This document shows positions 19,085 through 27,289 of a stretch of DNA of 64,000 bases, piece after piece (the first letter of the stretch is position 1; each line of letters opens with the position of its first letter). The DNA is from Candidatus Nomurabacteria bacterium (GTDB lineage Bacteria; Patescibacteriota; Minisyncoccia; Phycocordibacterales; UBA5272), in the NCBI GenBank assembly GCA_028286645.1, contig JAQBRF010000004.1:273536-337535 (forward strand), given 5' to 3'. The notes below the pieces were generated by a model. That model was given only the letters and a program-made list of their open reading frames with translations, had not been told where the DNA came from and did no database searches. The position numbers and the translations under genes were made by a program.

Positions 19085-19942
19085 TCATTTATTTTCTTTT
19101 AATTTAATTTCTCCTGAAACAAGAATAGAGTTTATAAATAATACAAGTATATGAACATAGCTCACAGCTTCGTATAAGGTAGTATAGTTTATCTTTTCAG
19201 GCTTATGGATATCATAATTTCTTATTATTCTTGAATTGTTGAGTGCCCATACCACCTCTTGGTTCATATTATATTTTTTATAAATAGATTCTGTCTCATA
19301 GATTCTTTTTATTTTTGCCCCAATGTTTTTGATAGCAGAAATCTCTGCTATTAACGAACAAATTAATTCCGTTGTGGTAACAGCGGAGGCTAATATATCT
19401 TTTATATTTCTCTTTTCGTAAGAATTTTGTATATTTTCTAGTCCTATATAAATACTCTGAGTTTCTTCGGTATTAAATTGATTTAATAATACTTTTGGAA
19501 TAATTCTTTCTGATTCCTCGTAGTTATTAATTATATTTTCTGCCACCTGAAATGCGACTAAAATAGGCGTCATCCTGGTTCTGTCGACCTGCTTTTGTGT
19601 CAATCTATTAGAATCAGTTACCAAATAACCTCCACTGTAGGTGCTCCAACTGAAAGGTCCTATACCTGTATCATATTCATATTTTTCTTCTTCGTCTATC
19701 CCATGGCCACTTATTTCCATGTAAAATCTTTTTTTGTCACCGCGTTCTTTGCGATATTCTAATTTTGAAAGAAAATAATCAATTATATTCTGCGACATTT
19801 TGATGTCAGTAAAATAGACAATACACTGGGCGATCCAATTTCTAATTTGATCACCAGTAAGAGTGTTGTCTGTTTCAATAAACCCGAGCAACTGCTTGTG
19901 TGTCTTTCTCCACTTTTCAATTTTTAGCAAATTTTCTTCCAT
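19085..19942 (-). CDS. hypothetical 285-aa partner protein of the PHP-ABC ATPase, translationally coupled
   Basis: Its ATG at 19940-19942 lies 2 nt after the TAA stop of the upstream gene. No recognisable motifs. Confidence 0.5.
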   Translation of the reverse strand: MEENLLKIEKWRKTHKQLLGFIETDNTLTGDQIRNWIAQCIVYFTDIKMSQNIIDYFLSKLEYRKERGDKKRFYMEISGHGIDEEEKYEYDTGIGPFSWSTYSGGYLVTDSNRLTQKQVDRTRMTPILVAFQVAENIINNYEESERIIPKVLLNQFNTEETQSIYIGLENIQNSYEKRNIKDILASAVTTTELICSLIAEISAIKNIGAKIKRIYETESIYKKYNMNQEVVWALNNSRIIRNYDIHKPEKINYTTLYEAVSYVHILVLFINSILVSGEIKLKENK

Positions 19943-19944
19943 AC

Positions 19945-22710
19945 TTAGGAAATATTCAGTTTTTTCATTCTTTTTTGAAGAGCAAGATCTCCACCTTCAA
20001 GAATTTCTACAATTTCTTTATTTATATATTTATCTTCAATAGCTCCTGAAATATATTTAAAATCAGGTTTAAATTTACCCTTTTTACTTGAAACTAAAAT
20101 TTCTTCACTATCACTACAAACAACCAGATTTGCGTTGTGAGAGACGACAATAATTTGGCGTTTTGTTTTTTCTGTCTTAATAAAATCAACTATGGTGGTA
20201 GATATAGCTCTTGAATCTAAATCATCCTCCGGTTGATCAAGAAAAACAGGATAGTTAAAATCGTCAAATTTAAAAATAAATTCTAATAGAGCAATCATCT
20301 GCTCTCCATCTGACATTTCTGAAAACTTAATACCTTTTTTACTCTTAATACTTTCAAGAAAATCAATCTTGTACCTATTTTTAAATAAATCCAATAAGAC
20401 GGACGTTATATCTTTTCCAGATTTTAATAATAAATTACCTGAAAGAATCCCGCCTAGTAACTCTTTTATAAGAATTGAAAAAGTTGCTTTTGTATAAATA
20501 GCGCTAGCCGGATCATTTAAAAATATGTTTGCATTCACATAAATCTTATCTTCATCTTTTCTGAAAACTGTTGAGTTATGGTAGTTTATATTGTCATCAA
20601 TAACTTTTTTAAACTGCTCAATATCAAACGATACAATGAGTTTTATTTGAGAAAAGTTAAGCTCTCCTAAATCGATCTTAAGATTGTTATACTCAGTTTC
20701 ATATTTAAAGTAAACATCAATAAGTTCTTTCTTTTTTAGATTATATGAAGCTCTTATTGCAACTAACTCCTTTTCAATATCTTCTATTTGCTTCCTACTG
20801 TTCTTACTCTTCTCGAGTAATTTTGTAAGTTCAAGAAGAGTTTTACTTTCATTTAACTTATCTTGTAATGGTTTTAATAGCTTTTCTAAAGCTTTTATAT
20901 CTTTATCAATTTGTATACCCATCTTTTTTAAAGATAGAATTTCTTCATCAACAAACTCTACCTTGAAAGCCTCATTCGAGGCTGAAAGTTTCTCTTCAAT
21001 TTTTTCTAAAGTTTGAGGAGAAAAAGCAAGTTCAAAGACCCTATCTGAATTAATAACTTCATCTTTTTTAAGATCTTCATAGGCTTTTATATCTTGCAAT
21101 ATAACCTTTGCGGTCTTTTCTTTTTGAAGCTTCTCAGTATTAATTAGCTCATGCTCTTTAATTTCGACTGGTGTTATAGATGAAGTTTTTCCACACTTTT
21201 TTATTTTTTCTTCAATTTCTTTTATATCTTTATCAAAGTCTTCTTTTTTCCCTATTTTTTTAAGTAGTTCTCTTTTTTCAAAACCTGTAGATCTTGCGGC
21301 TAACACTTCACGTATAAGGGAAGTTAATAAAAGGATATTCAACCCCTCAAATTTTTTATAGCTTTCTATGGCTGTACGAAAATCATCTCTATTTTCAAAT
21401 AAATTAGTTAAGAAGTTATCAAACCGAGGATCTGTCTCGTACACAAGCTCACCTAAATATTTTTGAGGTATAAAAAGTATACTTTTTTCTTTAGTTTCAG
21501 ATGCGTTTAGACTGTTAAATGTTCCATCTGTCCAAATAACTTTTAAGTCCGTTAAAGGGAAAAAGTCTTTTAATTCAACATTTCTTAATTTGCATTGAGA
21601 TGGATCAATGGAATAAGCAATATTTTTTAATAGATTTGATTTTCCTTGCGCGCGACTACCTATTATTGCATTTAAGTTTTGATTGAAATAAACTACTTCA
21701 GCAAATCCATCGCTAGAAGTATATTCAACTCTATCTATAAGTGTATATGTAGACTTTTCTTCTGGTTTTAATTCTTGAATTTTAACTCTATCGGAACATT
21801 CATACATTATTTGCTTCAACCCTTCGAAAGTTGGATCAGATTTGATCCAAGTCGCTTTATTTGAGGGATATTTGCCATAATTTGTAAATTTATGAGCATC
21901 ACTACCAGCCACACAAGGTTTCGCCGTATTTCCTAAAGTTTTAAAGAAGTTTGCAAAGTAAGTCCTATTTTTATCAGTTTCTATGCCATTAAATAGATCT
22001 ATATTTCTTTGATCTCTGCTCTCGAAGAGGTGAGCCGTTTGCATAAAATAATTATCATCATGTGGATGTTTACTCCAATCTAAATTTAATAAACCATCAG
22101 ATGTATCGTAGGGTAATAAAATAAAACCTGATCCTTTTGGAATTTGCTCAAATGCTGTTGTTAGTGATTCTCTTGTAATAATTGCTGTCTTGCTTCCAAG
22201 TTCAAGAAGTTGTTTATCGTCTAACGTAGAAGGATCTCCATAGCTATGAGCTTTAGCTTTAGATACATCTAAAGATCTTGCACACTCAATAAGAGCATCA
22301 TTAGATAATTTTTTAGTTTCTGCACCAACTCTAAGCTTTAGTTCTGATTTAAAATCAGAAAGCTGTTGAGTTGTTAATTTATCAGAAAGTATTACATGTA
22401 TATTTAATCGGTATTCAGTCGGAGATTCTACACGTAACTCCATTCCAGGTAACACAGTTTTAGTAAGTTCAGAAGAATGCGAATGAAGGTATTTTTTTAA
22501 TTCTAGCATCCAATCAAAAGTCCAATAATCTTGAATAGCAAAGACAGAAACTTCTGATGTATTTACTACCTCTATAAATTTTTTTATAGCAACTTCTTTT
22601 TCTGATGGTGTCATCTCCGCTAACTTCTTACCTCCTTCCCAAAAAAAAGAAGCCGGGGTATGCACATGCAAATCCCACTGTCGCCACTCAGATCCTTTTG
22701 GAAAAGTCAT
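19945..22710 (-). CDS. PHP-domain phosphoesterase fused to an OLD/SbcC-like ABC ATPase with a long coiled-coil insert
   Basis: N-terminal WDLHVHTPAS...GSDAHKF are PHP His/Asp ligands (aa ~10-300). ATPase motifs: Walker A IIGSRAQGKSNLL (aa ~350), signature-like SEMSDGEQ, Walker B VFLDQPEDDLD (DEPE-type as in OLD/AAA_21) and H-loop IIVVSHNANL. About 330 aa of K/E-rich coiled coil lie between the ATPase lobes. Confidence 0.75.
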   Translation of the reverse strand: MTFPKGSEWRQWDLHVHTPASFFWEGGKKLAEMTPSEKEVAIKKFIEVVNTSEVSVFAIQDYWTFDWMLELKKYLHSHSSELTKTVLPGMELRVESPTEYRLNIHVILSDKLTTQQLSDFKSELKLRVGAETKKLSNDALIECARSLDVSKAKAHSYGDPSTLDDKQLLELGSKTAIITRESLTTAFEQIPKGSGFILLPYDTSDGLLNLDWSKHPHDDNYFMQTAHLFESRDQRNIDLFNGIETDKNRTYFANFFKTLGNTAKPCVAGSDAHKFTNYGKYPSNKATWIKSDPTFEGLKQIMYECSDRVKIQELKPEEKSTYTLIDRVEYTSSDGFAEVVYFNQNLNAIIGSRAQGKSNLLKNIAYSIDPSQCKLRNVELKDFFPLTDLKVIWTDGTFNSLNASETKEKSILFIPQKYLGELVYETDPRFDNFLTNLFENRDDFRTAIESYKKFEGLNILLLTSLIREVLAARSTGFEKRELLKKIGKKEDFDKDIKEIEEKIKKCGKTSSITPVEIKEHELINTEKLQKEKTAKVILQDIKAYEDLKKDEVINSDRVFELAFSPQTLEKIEEKLSASNEAFKVEFVDEEILSLKKMGIQIDKDIKALEKLLKPLQDKLNESKTLLELTKLLEKSKNSRKQIEDIEKELVAIRASYNLKKKELIDVYFKYETEYNNLKIDLGELNFSQIKLIVSFDIEQFKKVIDDNINYHNSTVFRKDEDKIYVNANIFLNDPASAIYTKATFSILIKELLGGILSGNLLLKSGKDITSVLLDLFKNRYKIDFLESIKSKKGIKFSEMSDGEQMIALLEFIFKFDDFNYPVFLDQPEDDLDSRAISTTIVDFIKTEKTKRQIIVVSHNANLVVCSDSEEILVSSKKGKFKPDFKYISGAIEDKYINKEIVEILEGGDLALQKRMKKLNIS

Positions 22711-22864
22711 GGGCTTAATTCTACTCTTTTCACAAGATAAATCTAGTCTTGTAAAGATTGTCCCACGGACCGTAATAAAGCTTTGTCTTCTCTTTTATAC
22801 CCGTCGAAAATGTGCTTATTAATGTGTATATTTGGCATTGTGGCATGATATCCTAACTGAATTA

Positions 22865-23809
22865 TTACCTCATAGGGTTAGTTAAAAAACCCTTATCATA
22901 TATAAGGTGCACTTTCTCTAATTGTATTTCTGGCTTCATTCTTAGTTTGGAAGAAAATTGTCCCTCATCCTCAGATCCCTGAAGGTTAAGATATTTATAT
23001 CCTAGCTCTTGAGCAATTTTCGCGGCTTCAATCATCATAATTCTATATAAGTTATAGTAATCAAAGTTATTTACAAGAACATTAAAGCCGAGACATATGT
23101 TTGATATTTCACTAAAATTCATCCATCCAATAATTTTATTATTACGAGAATCTCGGATAATGTAGTTAATTATTCCAAATTTATCAGTAAACAAAACTTT
23201 CGTAGATTCAGTTAACTGATCTTCAGGCCATCCGTTTCTTTCCCTCATGTTATTAACCCACTTATCAAATAAATCTTTTATAACATTAAAATCATCGGGG
23301 TTAAACTTTTCTACGCTGATAGAATAATCTCGATTAAATCTTGCGACATCTTCTCGTAGGGATTGAAAATCTGGTCCGTTCAACTTAACCAAGTTATCAC
23401 AATCCACAACTAACTCAGGAAAAGTATTATCATCATATTTTGATACTTCATCCCATTTTTCATGCTCTGCACATTCTCTAAAGCCGGCTTCTATAAATTT
23501 AAGTCTCTCAGTTTTAGAAACATTTTTTATGATCAGTCTATCTGGCTCAAGATTATTTAATAATTTTTTTATAAAAGTTACAAAGTCATTCGCCACGTAT
23601 GTTGTTATAACGTATACTCCATCTTTTTTAGAAAGAATTACTATATTTTCTTCATCGCAATGATATTCAAAGTATGATCTCGTAGACTGGAGAATGTAAC
23701 CATTACAATAATTAAAATCTAAGACCTCAGGATTATATTTAGATTGTAAATTTCTAAACACAAAAATTCCTTTTTCTACATCGTGACCTTGGCTAGAGAG
23801 ATTCTCCAT
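22865..23809 (-). CDS. hypothetical protein (possible GNAT/FemAB-like fold, very tentative)
   Basis: 314-aa ORF upstream of the PHP-ATPase operon with no firm motif. Confidence 0.4.
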   Translation of the reverse strand: MENLSSQGHDVEKGIFVFRNLQSKYNPEVLDFNYCNGYILQSTRSYFEYHCDEENIVILSKKDGVYVITTYVANDFVTFIKKLLNNLEPDRLIIKNVSKTERLKFIEAGFRECAEHEKWDEVSKYDDNTFPELVVDCDNLVKLNGPDFQSLREDVARFNRDYSISVEKFNPDDFNVIKDLFDKWVNNMRERNGWPEDQLTESTKVLFTDKFGIINYIIRDSRNNKIIGWMNFSEISNICLGFNVLVNNFDYYNLYRIMMIEAAKIAQELGYKYLNLQGSEDEGQFSSKLRMKPEIQLEKVHLIYDKGFLTNPMR

Positions 23810-23916
23810 TAGATTAAATTATAGCACTTGAAAATCAGAGATGGGAACAGGGAGTCTCTCCCTCAGCTAAAACTTTTCCGTCTAAAAGTTTTGCATTCGG
23901 GCAGCTCTCGCGATTC

Positions 23917-23998
23917 GTCTTGGTAGACTCATAACGCTCCGAGCTTCGAGTCCCTGCCGTAAGTGACCCAATGTCACTTACTTGCCCCAGCAACACAA
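23917..23998 (+). pseudogene. degenerate inverted partial copy of tRNA-Gln (D-arm and T-arm/3' half, with a 23-nt hairpin inserted)
   Basis: CGATTCGTCTTGGTAGAC resembles the Gln D-arm. GCTTCGAGTCCCTG plus CCCCAGCAACAC match the Gln T-arm and 3' end. GTAAGTGAC-ccaat-GTCACTTAC is a perfect inserted hairpin. The anticodon arm is missing. Confidence 0.3.
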
Positions 23999-24041
23999 AA
24001 ATCATAGAAAGGCTGTGCCTATCCTTTTAAAAATTGTGTTG

Positions 24042-24112
24042 CTGGGGAACAGGGACTCGAACCCCAATACCATCCTCCAGAGGGATGTGTCCTACCATTA
24101 GACGATTCCCCA
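24042..24112 (-). tRNA. tRNA-Gln (anticodon CUG)
   Basis: 71-nt cloverleaf on the minus strand: TGGGGAA/TTCCCCA acceptor, GGTAGGAC D-arm, CATCC-CTCTGGA-GGATG anticodon arm (CTG), TTCGAGT T-loop. Confidence 0.75.
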
Positions 24113-24116
24113 ATGT
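24096..24116. repeat. 21-bp direct repeat CATTAGACGATTCCCCAATGT, copy 1 (covers the tRNA-Gln 5' end)
   Basis: Exact second copy at 24352..24372. Confidence 0.6.
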
Positions 24117-24351
24117 ATATATTGTAACCTACTTACTTTTTTCTCTCCGTTTATCTTTCTTGATCTAAGACTTGCTTGTGTTAGGAATTTTGGTAAATTC
24201 CTAACTCTTCGAAGCCTAGCGTCTCGACCCAAAATATTATTATAAAACAATTTATTAACCTTGAGTGGCGTGTCCATGTCCTACTACATACGGCTTGGTA
24301 GCCTCAGTACTGCGATTTCAAGAGATTGGTTACAATCTAAGAAATCGGGAG

Positions 24352-24372
24352 CATTAGACGATTCCCCAATGT
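24352..24372. repeat. 21-bp direct repeat CATTAGACGATTCCCCAATGT, copy 2 (att-like)
   Basis: Exact match to 24096..24116. The 235-bp spacer has no ORF but a perfect hairpin GTTAGGAATTT-tggta-AAATTCCTAAC. Confidence 0.6.
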
Positions 24373-24374
24373 TA

Positions 24375-24470
24375 ATTACTAGACGTCAGATGTTAGATTG
24401 TAGATTATTAGAAGACAAATATTTATTGCAATTTCCTCTAAAATCTAATTTCTAAAGTATAAAATCTAGT
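24375..24470. mobile_element. MITE-like AT-rich element with TAGATTGTAGAT / TCTAAAATCTA inverted termini (family member Z)
   Basis: 5' CAGATGTTAGATTGTAGATTATTAG ... 3' CCTCTAAAATCTAATTTCTAAAG. Same motif family as 48812..49056 and 61404..61510. Confidence 0.3.
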
Positions 24471-24535
24471 TTACCCATACTACAATATTTGGGGAGTTAT
24501 TTCAATTTAAATGCTATGGTGTAAACTGAAATTAT

Positions 24536-25477
24536 ATGAAACAAAAACAACGAGACGCTCTTGGGATTCTTTTAGTCATTATTGCCGTAGGTGCGCTTAT
24601 TTATCATATGTTTATGATGAGGGGTAATAATTCTATGAATATGACTGGAAGGATGGAAAACACAGTTACATTTAACTGCTCGCAAGGAAAAAGCATTATG
24701 GCGACTTTTTATCCTGAAAACGACACCGAAGTACACGTGATGCTTAGTGACGGACGCATGCTTTTACTCCCTCATGCGATGTCCGGGTCTGGCGCTAGAT
24801 ATGCAAATACAGATGAATCAATTGTTTTTTGGAACAAAGGAAATACGGCTTTCATCACTGAAGGAACATCCACGACTTATGAAAACTGCGTAACTCCTAC
24901 CTCTTCAAATGATGCCGGCGCCACTTCTGCTGATAAGTCACATGTTTATACAAATTCTACATATGGATTTTCACTTACAGTCCCAGTAGGAGTGACACAG
25001 CAAGATTACTTCAGTAACTTTTATATCTTAAATAATACATGGAGAGTAAACTCATCTCCTGAGAATAAAGGCAATGCTGTGGTTTCTTTTGTTATAAAAA
25101 GAATAGATCAAGGTGGGATAGCTACTGGAAAGCCTTATCCCCTATTTTTTGATGCAGAAGTAAGAGTAGGAGTAAGCACAGACACGAAACAATGTTATCT
25201 GCCCGATCCAGGATATGAAAGTGAGCCTGTAACTAATGTAGTAATAAACGGAATTACATTTAAGAAGTTTAGTTTTTCTGATGCAGCTACGATGAAATAT
25301 GTTTCTGGTGAAAGTTACAGAACTATACATAACAATAAATGTTACGCGATTGAACAGTTAAAAGAAGGATCAAGTTATAGAGACGACACTATGACCCAAG
25401 GAACACCAGACACAGAACTTGATACTTACTATAATCAAGGAGAACAGATTATAAAGACTTTAAAGTTTATCGATTAA
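24536..25477 (+). CDS. membrane-anchored MliC-like (C-type lysozyme inhibitor) domain protein with a C-terminal extension
   Basis: TM helix, then FNCSQGK...FYPEND...SGSGARYAN...WNKGNTAF...YENC. The SGxGAxY motif and Cys pair are typical of MliC. Confidence 0.6.
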   Translation: MKQKQRDALGILLVIIAVGALIYHMFMMRGNNSMNMTGRMENTVTFNCSQGKSIMATFYPENDTEVHVMLSDGRMLLLPHAMSGSGARYANTDESIVFWNKGNTAFITEGTSTTYENCVTPTSSNDAGATSADKSHVYTNSTYGFSLTVPVGVTQQDYFSNFYILNNTWRVNSSPENKGNAVVSFVIKRIDQGGIATGKPYPLFFDAEVRVGVSTDTKQCYLPDPGYESEPVTNVVINGITFKKFSFSDAATMKYVSGESYRTIHNNKCYAIEQLKEGSSYRDDTMTQGTPDTELDTYYNQGEQIIKTLKFID

Positions 25478-26535
25478 AAGAATAATTGGTTTATATATAC
25501 AAATATCGTAAGGATAACGAGCAATGCCATTCCATACAGAAGATGTTTATAATGCTGCTTTCTGTATTCTACAAGAACAGTAGTAACTAAAGCGACCCCG
25601 ACGATGGCGATTATTATTTTATAAATAGTATCGATATATCCTGATCCATCAAGTAAGAGATGATCATACCAATTTGAATATCTTACGCGAACACTCGCCG
25701 CTTCTGGCGGTGTAACATCTGACGATGAAGCCTCTTCCAGTGCTTCATTATTTCTCACTACCGCTAGCTCTTTATTCGTAACAATTTCTTCTAAAGCAGG
25801 TTTTGCAGTAATCGATTCTCCGCGAATCTCTCCGGTAGTAGTTCCATTTGTTGTGGTGGTACTAGTTGATTCTTTTATAGTAGATGATGTATTTACCGGA
25901 GCGACGACTTCTGGTGTGGTGGTTGCCGGTTGAGTTGAAGGCGCAGCCTTCACAGAGGTGGCAGACGCCTTCGCCGGAGTACCGAACATTTGTACCACAA
26001 ATATAGTTGGGTAATTATTATAAACTCCTTCTATTGTAGCGATGCCCACTTCGCGAAAGTTTACATTTAAAAGGTTTGCCCGATGTCCCGGAGAATTCAT
26101 CCATGCAGTATCCACCTCGGTTGAATCCGTATAATTAATGGCTAAGTTTTCTCCAGCATATAAAAATTTATATCCAACAGTATCGAACCAATGCCATGGA
26201 GTAACTCCGCTTGGGCTCTCATGCGCGAAATACCCTTCCTTTGCCATATCTTGCCCTTTAAGGGTCGCAGCTTGAACAAGGAGTGGATTTATCGTAAGAG
26301 GCTCTTCGTTATAAGCCAGACGATTGTCATTTGCTAGATCGACAAGCACAGAAGCCGCGATAGAGGCCCCTTTTACTGTTTTGTTTATAAAGAAAGAACT
26401 TCCAGCAGAAGCGCCGAGCAAGAAAATACTTACGAATAAAATAATGGCGACACTTAATTCTCTAAAGATATGAGGCTTATAGTCATTGTGTTCATGCGGG
26501 ATTAAAAGATGTCTAAATCCTTGGACTATATTCAT
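25474..26535 (-). CDS. CAP (SCP/PR-1, YkwD-like) domain protein with N- and C-terminal TM segments
   Basis: LVQAATLKGQDMAKEGYFAHESP...YAGENLA...AWMNSPGHRANLLN...EVGIA match the CAP signature. Ser/Thr-rich linker. Confidence 0.7.
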   Translation of the reverse strand: MNIVQGFRHLLIPHEHNDYKPHIFRELSVAIILFVSIFLLGASAGSSFFINKTVKGASIAASVLVDLANDNRLAYNEEPLTINPLLVQAATLKGQDMAKEGYFAHESPSGVTPWHWFDTVGYKFLYAGENLAINYTDSTEVDTAWMNSPGHRANLLNVNFREVGIATIEGVYNNYPTIFVVQMFGTPAKASATSVKAAPSTQPATTTPEVVAPVNTSSTIKESTSTTTTNGTTTGEIRGESITAKPALEEIVTNKELAVVRNNEALEEASSSDVTPPEAASVRVRYSNWYDHLLLDGSGYIDTIYKIIIAIVGVALVTTVLVEYRKQHYKHLLYGMALLVILTIFVYINQLFF

Positions 26536-26590
26536 ATGAGCATAAGTTTACCCTGTAAATAATTAAATCACAATATTCAATTTATATTAC

Positions 26591-26617
26591 AAAAACAATC
26601 CCCGATCTATGTCGGGG
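26591..26617 (-). terminator. intrinsic terminator for cassette F (CCCCGA-catagat-CGGGG followed by a T-run on the minus strand)
   Basis: Hairpin plus T5 (minus-strand read) downstream of stop 26636. Confidence 0.6.
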
Positions 26618-26635
26618 TTCTTTGAGCTTCGTGTC

Positions 26636-27169
26636 CTACTTATGACGATTCGGATCTGCGCCCTCACGCTGTTTGCGTATCTCTTCCAGGGCTGCCGTCT
26701 GGTTCTGAATGAGCAGACGATTCTGAATGAGAAGCTCTTGCATGAGCCCGTTGCCGGAGGGAGCCGGTGGGGCTATTCCGGTCACTTCCTTTGATTGAGG
26801 AGGCGGAACAGCAACAGTGCCGAGGTGTTCGATCTTGGTCAGGAAGTAATTTTCGCTGTCCGAGCGACACAACGTAACTGCTTCCTTCCGGTAATGGATC
26901 TTCACTTCTTGCTGCGTCTCCATGGCCTTTTGCACCTGTTGAGCGAGCTCCTCGCTCTCCACCGTGAAGTGAAATGCACTGCCCACCACGCCTGAGCCGG
27001 AGTTCAACCCTCCCCTGATGATCTCGCCTTCCCAGGTCTTGCAGAAAACGCCCGTCTTTTGCAACCGAGTGATAGACCCGATTTTCTCGCCCTCTCCCAT
27101 GTCCCAGCAACCGCCGAGAAACACGAGCATGAAGGAAGCTGCCAGATTCTTAATTAAACGAACTTTCAT
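26636..27169 (-). CDS. lipoprotein, GC-rich ORFan cassette F
   Basis: RBS AGGAGA lies 6 nt before the ATG. Signal peptide with lipobox LVFLGG-C. High G+C. Own terminator. Confidence 0.5.
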   Translation of the reverse strand: MKVRLIKNLAASFMLVFLGGCWDMGEGEKIGSITRLQKTGVFCKTWEGEIIRGGLNSGSGVVGSAFHFTVESEELAQQVQKAMETQQEVKIHYRKEAVTLCRSDSENYFLTKIEHLGTVAVPPPQSKEVTGIAPPAPSGNGLMQELLIQNRLLIQNQTAALEEIRKQREGADPNRHK

Positions 27170-27245
27170 CGTCGATCTCCTGTTGATGATGGTTTTAAAT
27201 CTTAATTATTATACTACATAACAATTAACATGTCAATAAATTAAA

Positions 27246-27279
27246 TAAAAACACCAGTTAGTTTAACTGGTGTTTTTAT
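27246..27279. terminator. bidirectional intrinsic terminator (AACACCAGTTA-gtt-TAACTGGTGTT)
   Basis: 11-bp perfect stem flanked by A5 and T5, directly after stop 27290 of the beta-helix gene. Confidence 0.7.
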
Positions 27280-27289
27280 TACTTATTAT

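Noticed and set aside
23917-23998. Possible functional plus-strand tRNA next to tRNA-Gln
   Set aside because: I could not build an acceptor stem or anticodon arm. It reads as a decayed partial inverted copy of tRNA-Gln with an inserted hairpin. It is kept only as a low-confidence pseudogene.
24261-24455. 64-aa ORF in the tRNA-Gln intergenic region
   Set aside because: It spans the att-like repeat and the MITE-like element. It has no RBS. The region is better explained as non-coding repeats.
23810-24535. tmRNA, RNase P RNA or SRP RNA in the 720-bp non-coding gap
   Set aside because: No tmRNA tRNA-like 3' domain (GGTTCGA..TCC...CCA with a resume codon) was found. No P4-like or SRP domain IV motifs were recognised by eye. 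tRNA fragments and repeats account for the gap.
26664-27110. 148-aa minus-strand ORF and the 26795..26995 plus-strand ORF inside GC cassette F
   Set aside because: These are alternative frames of a G+C-rich segment. The 26636..27169 frame has the RBS, a lipoprotein signal peptide and a terminator.
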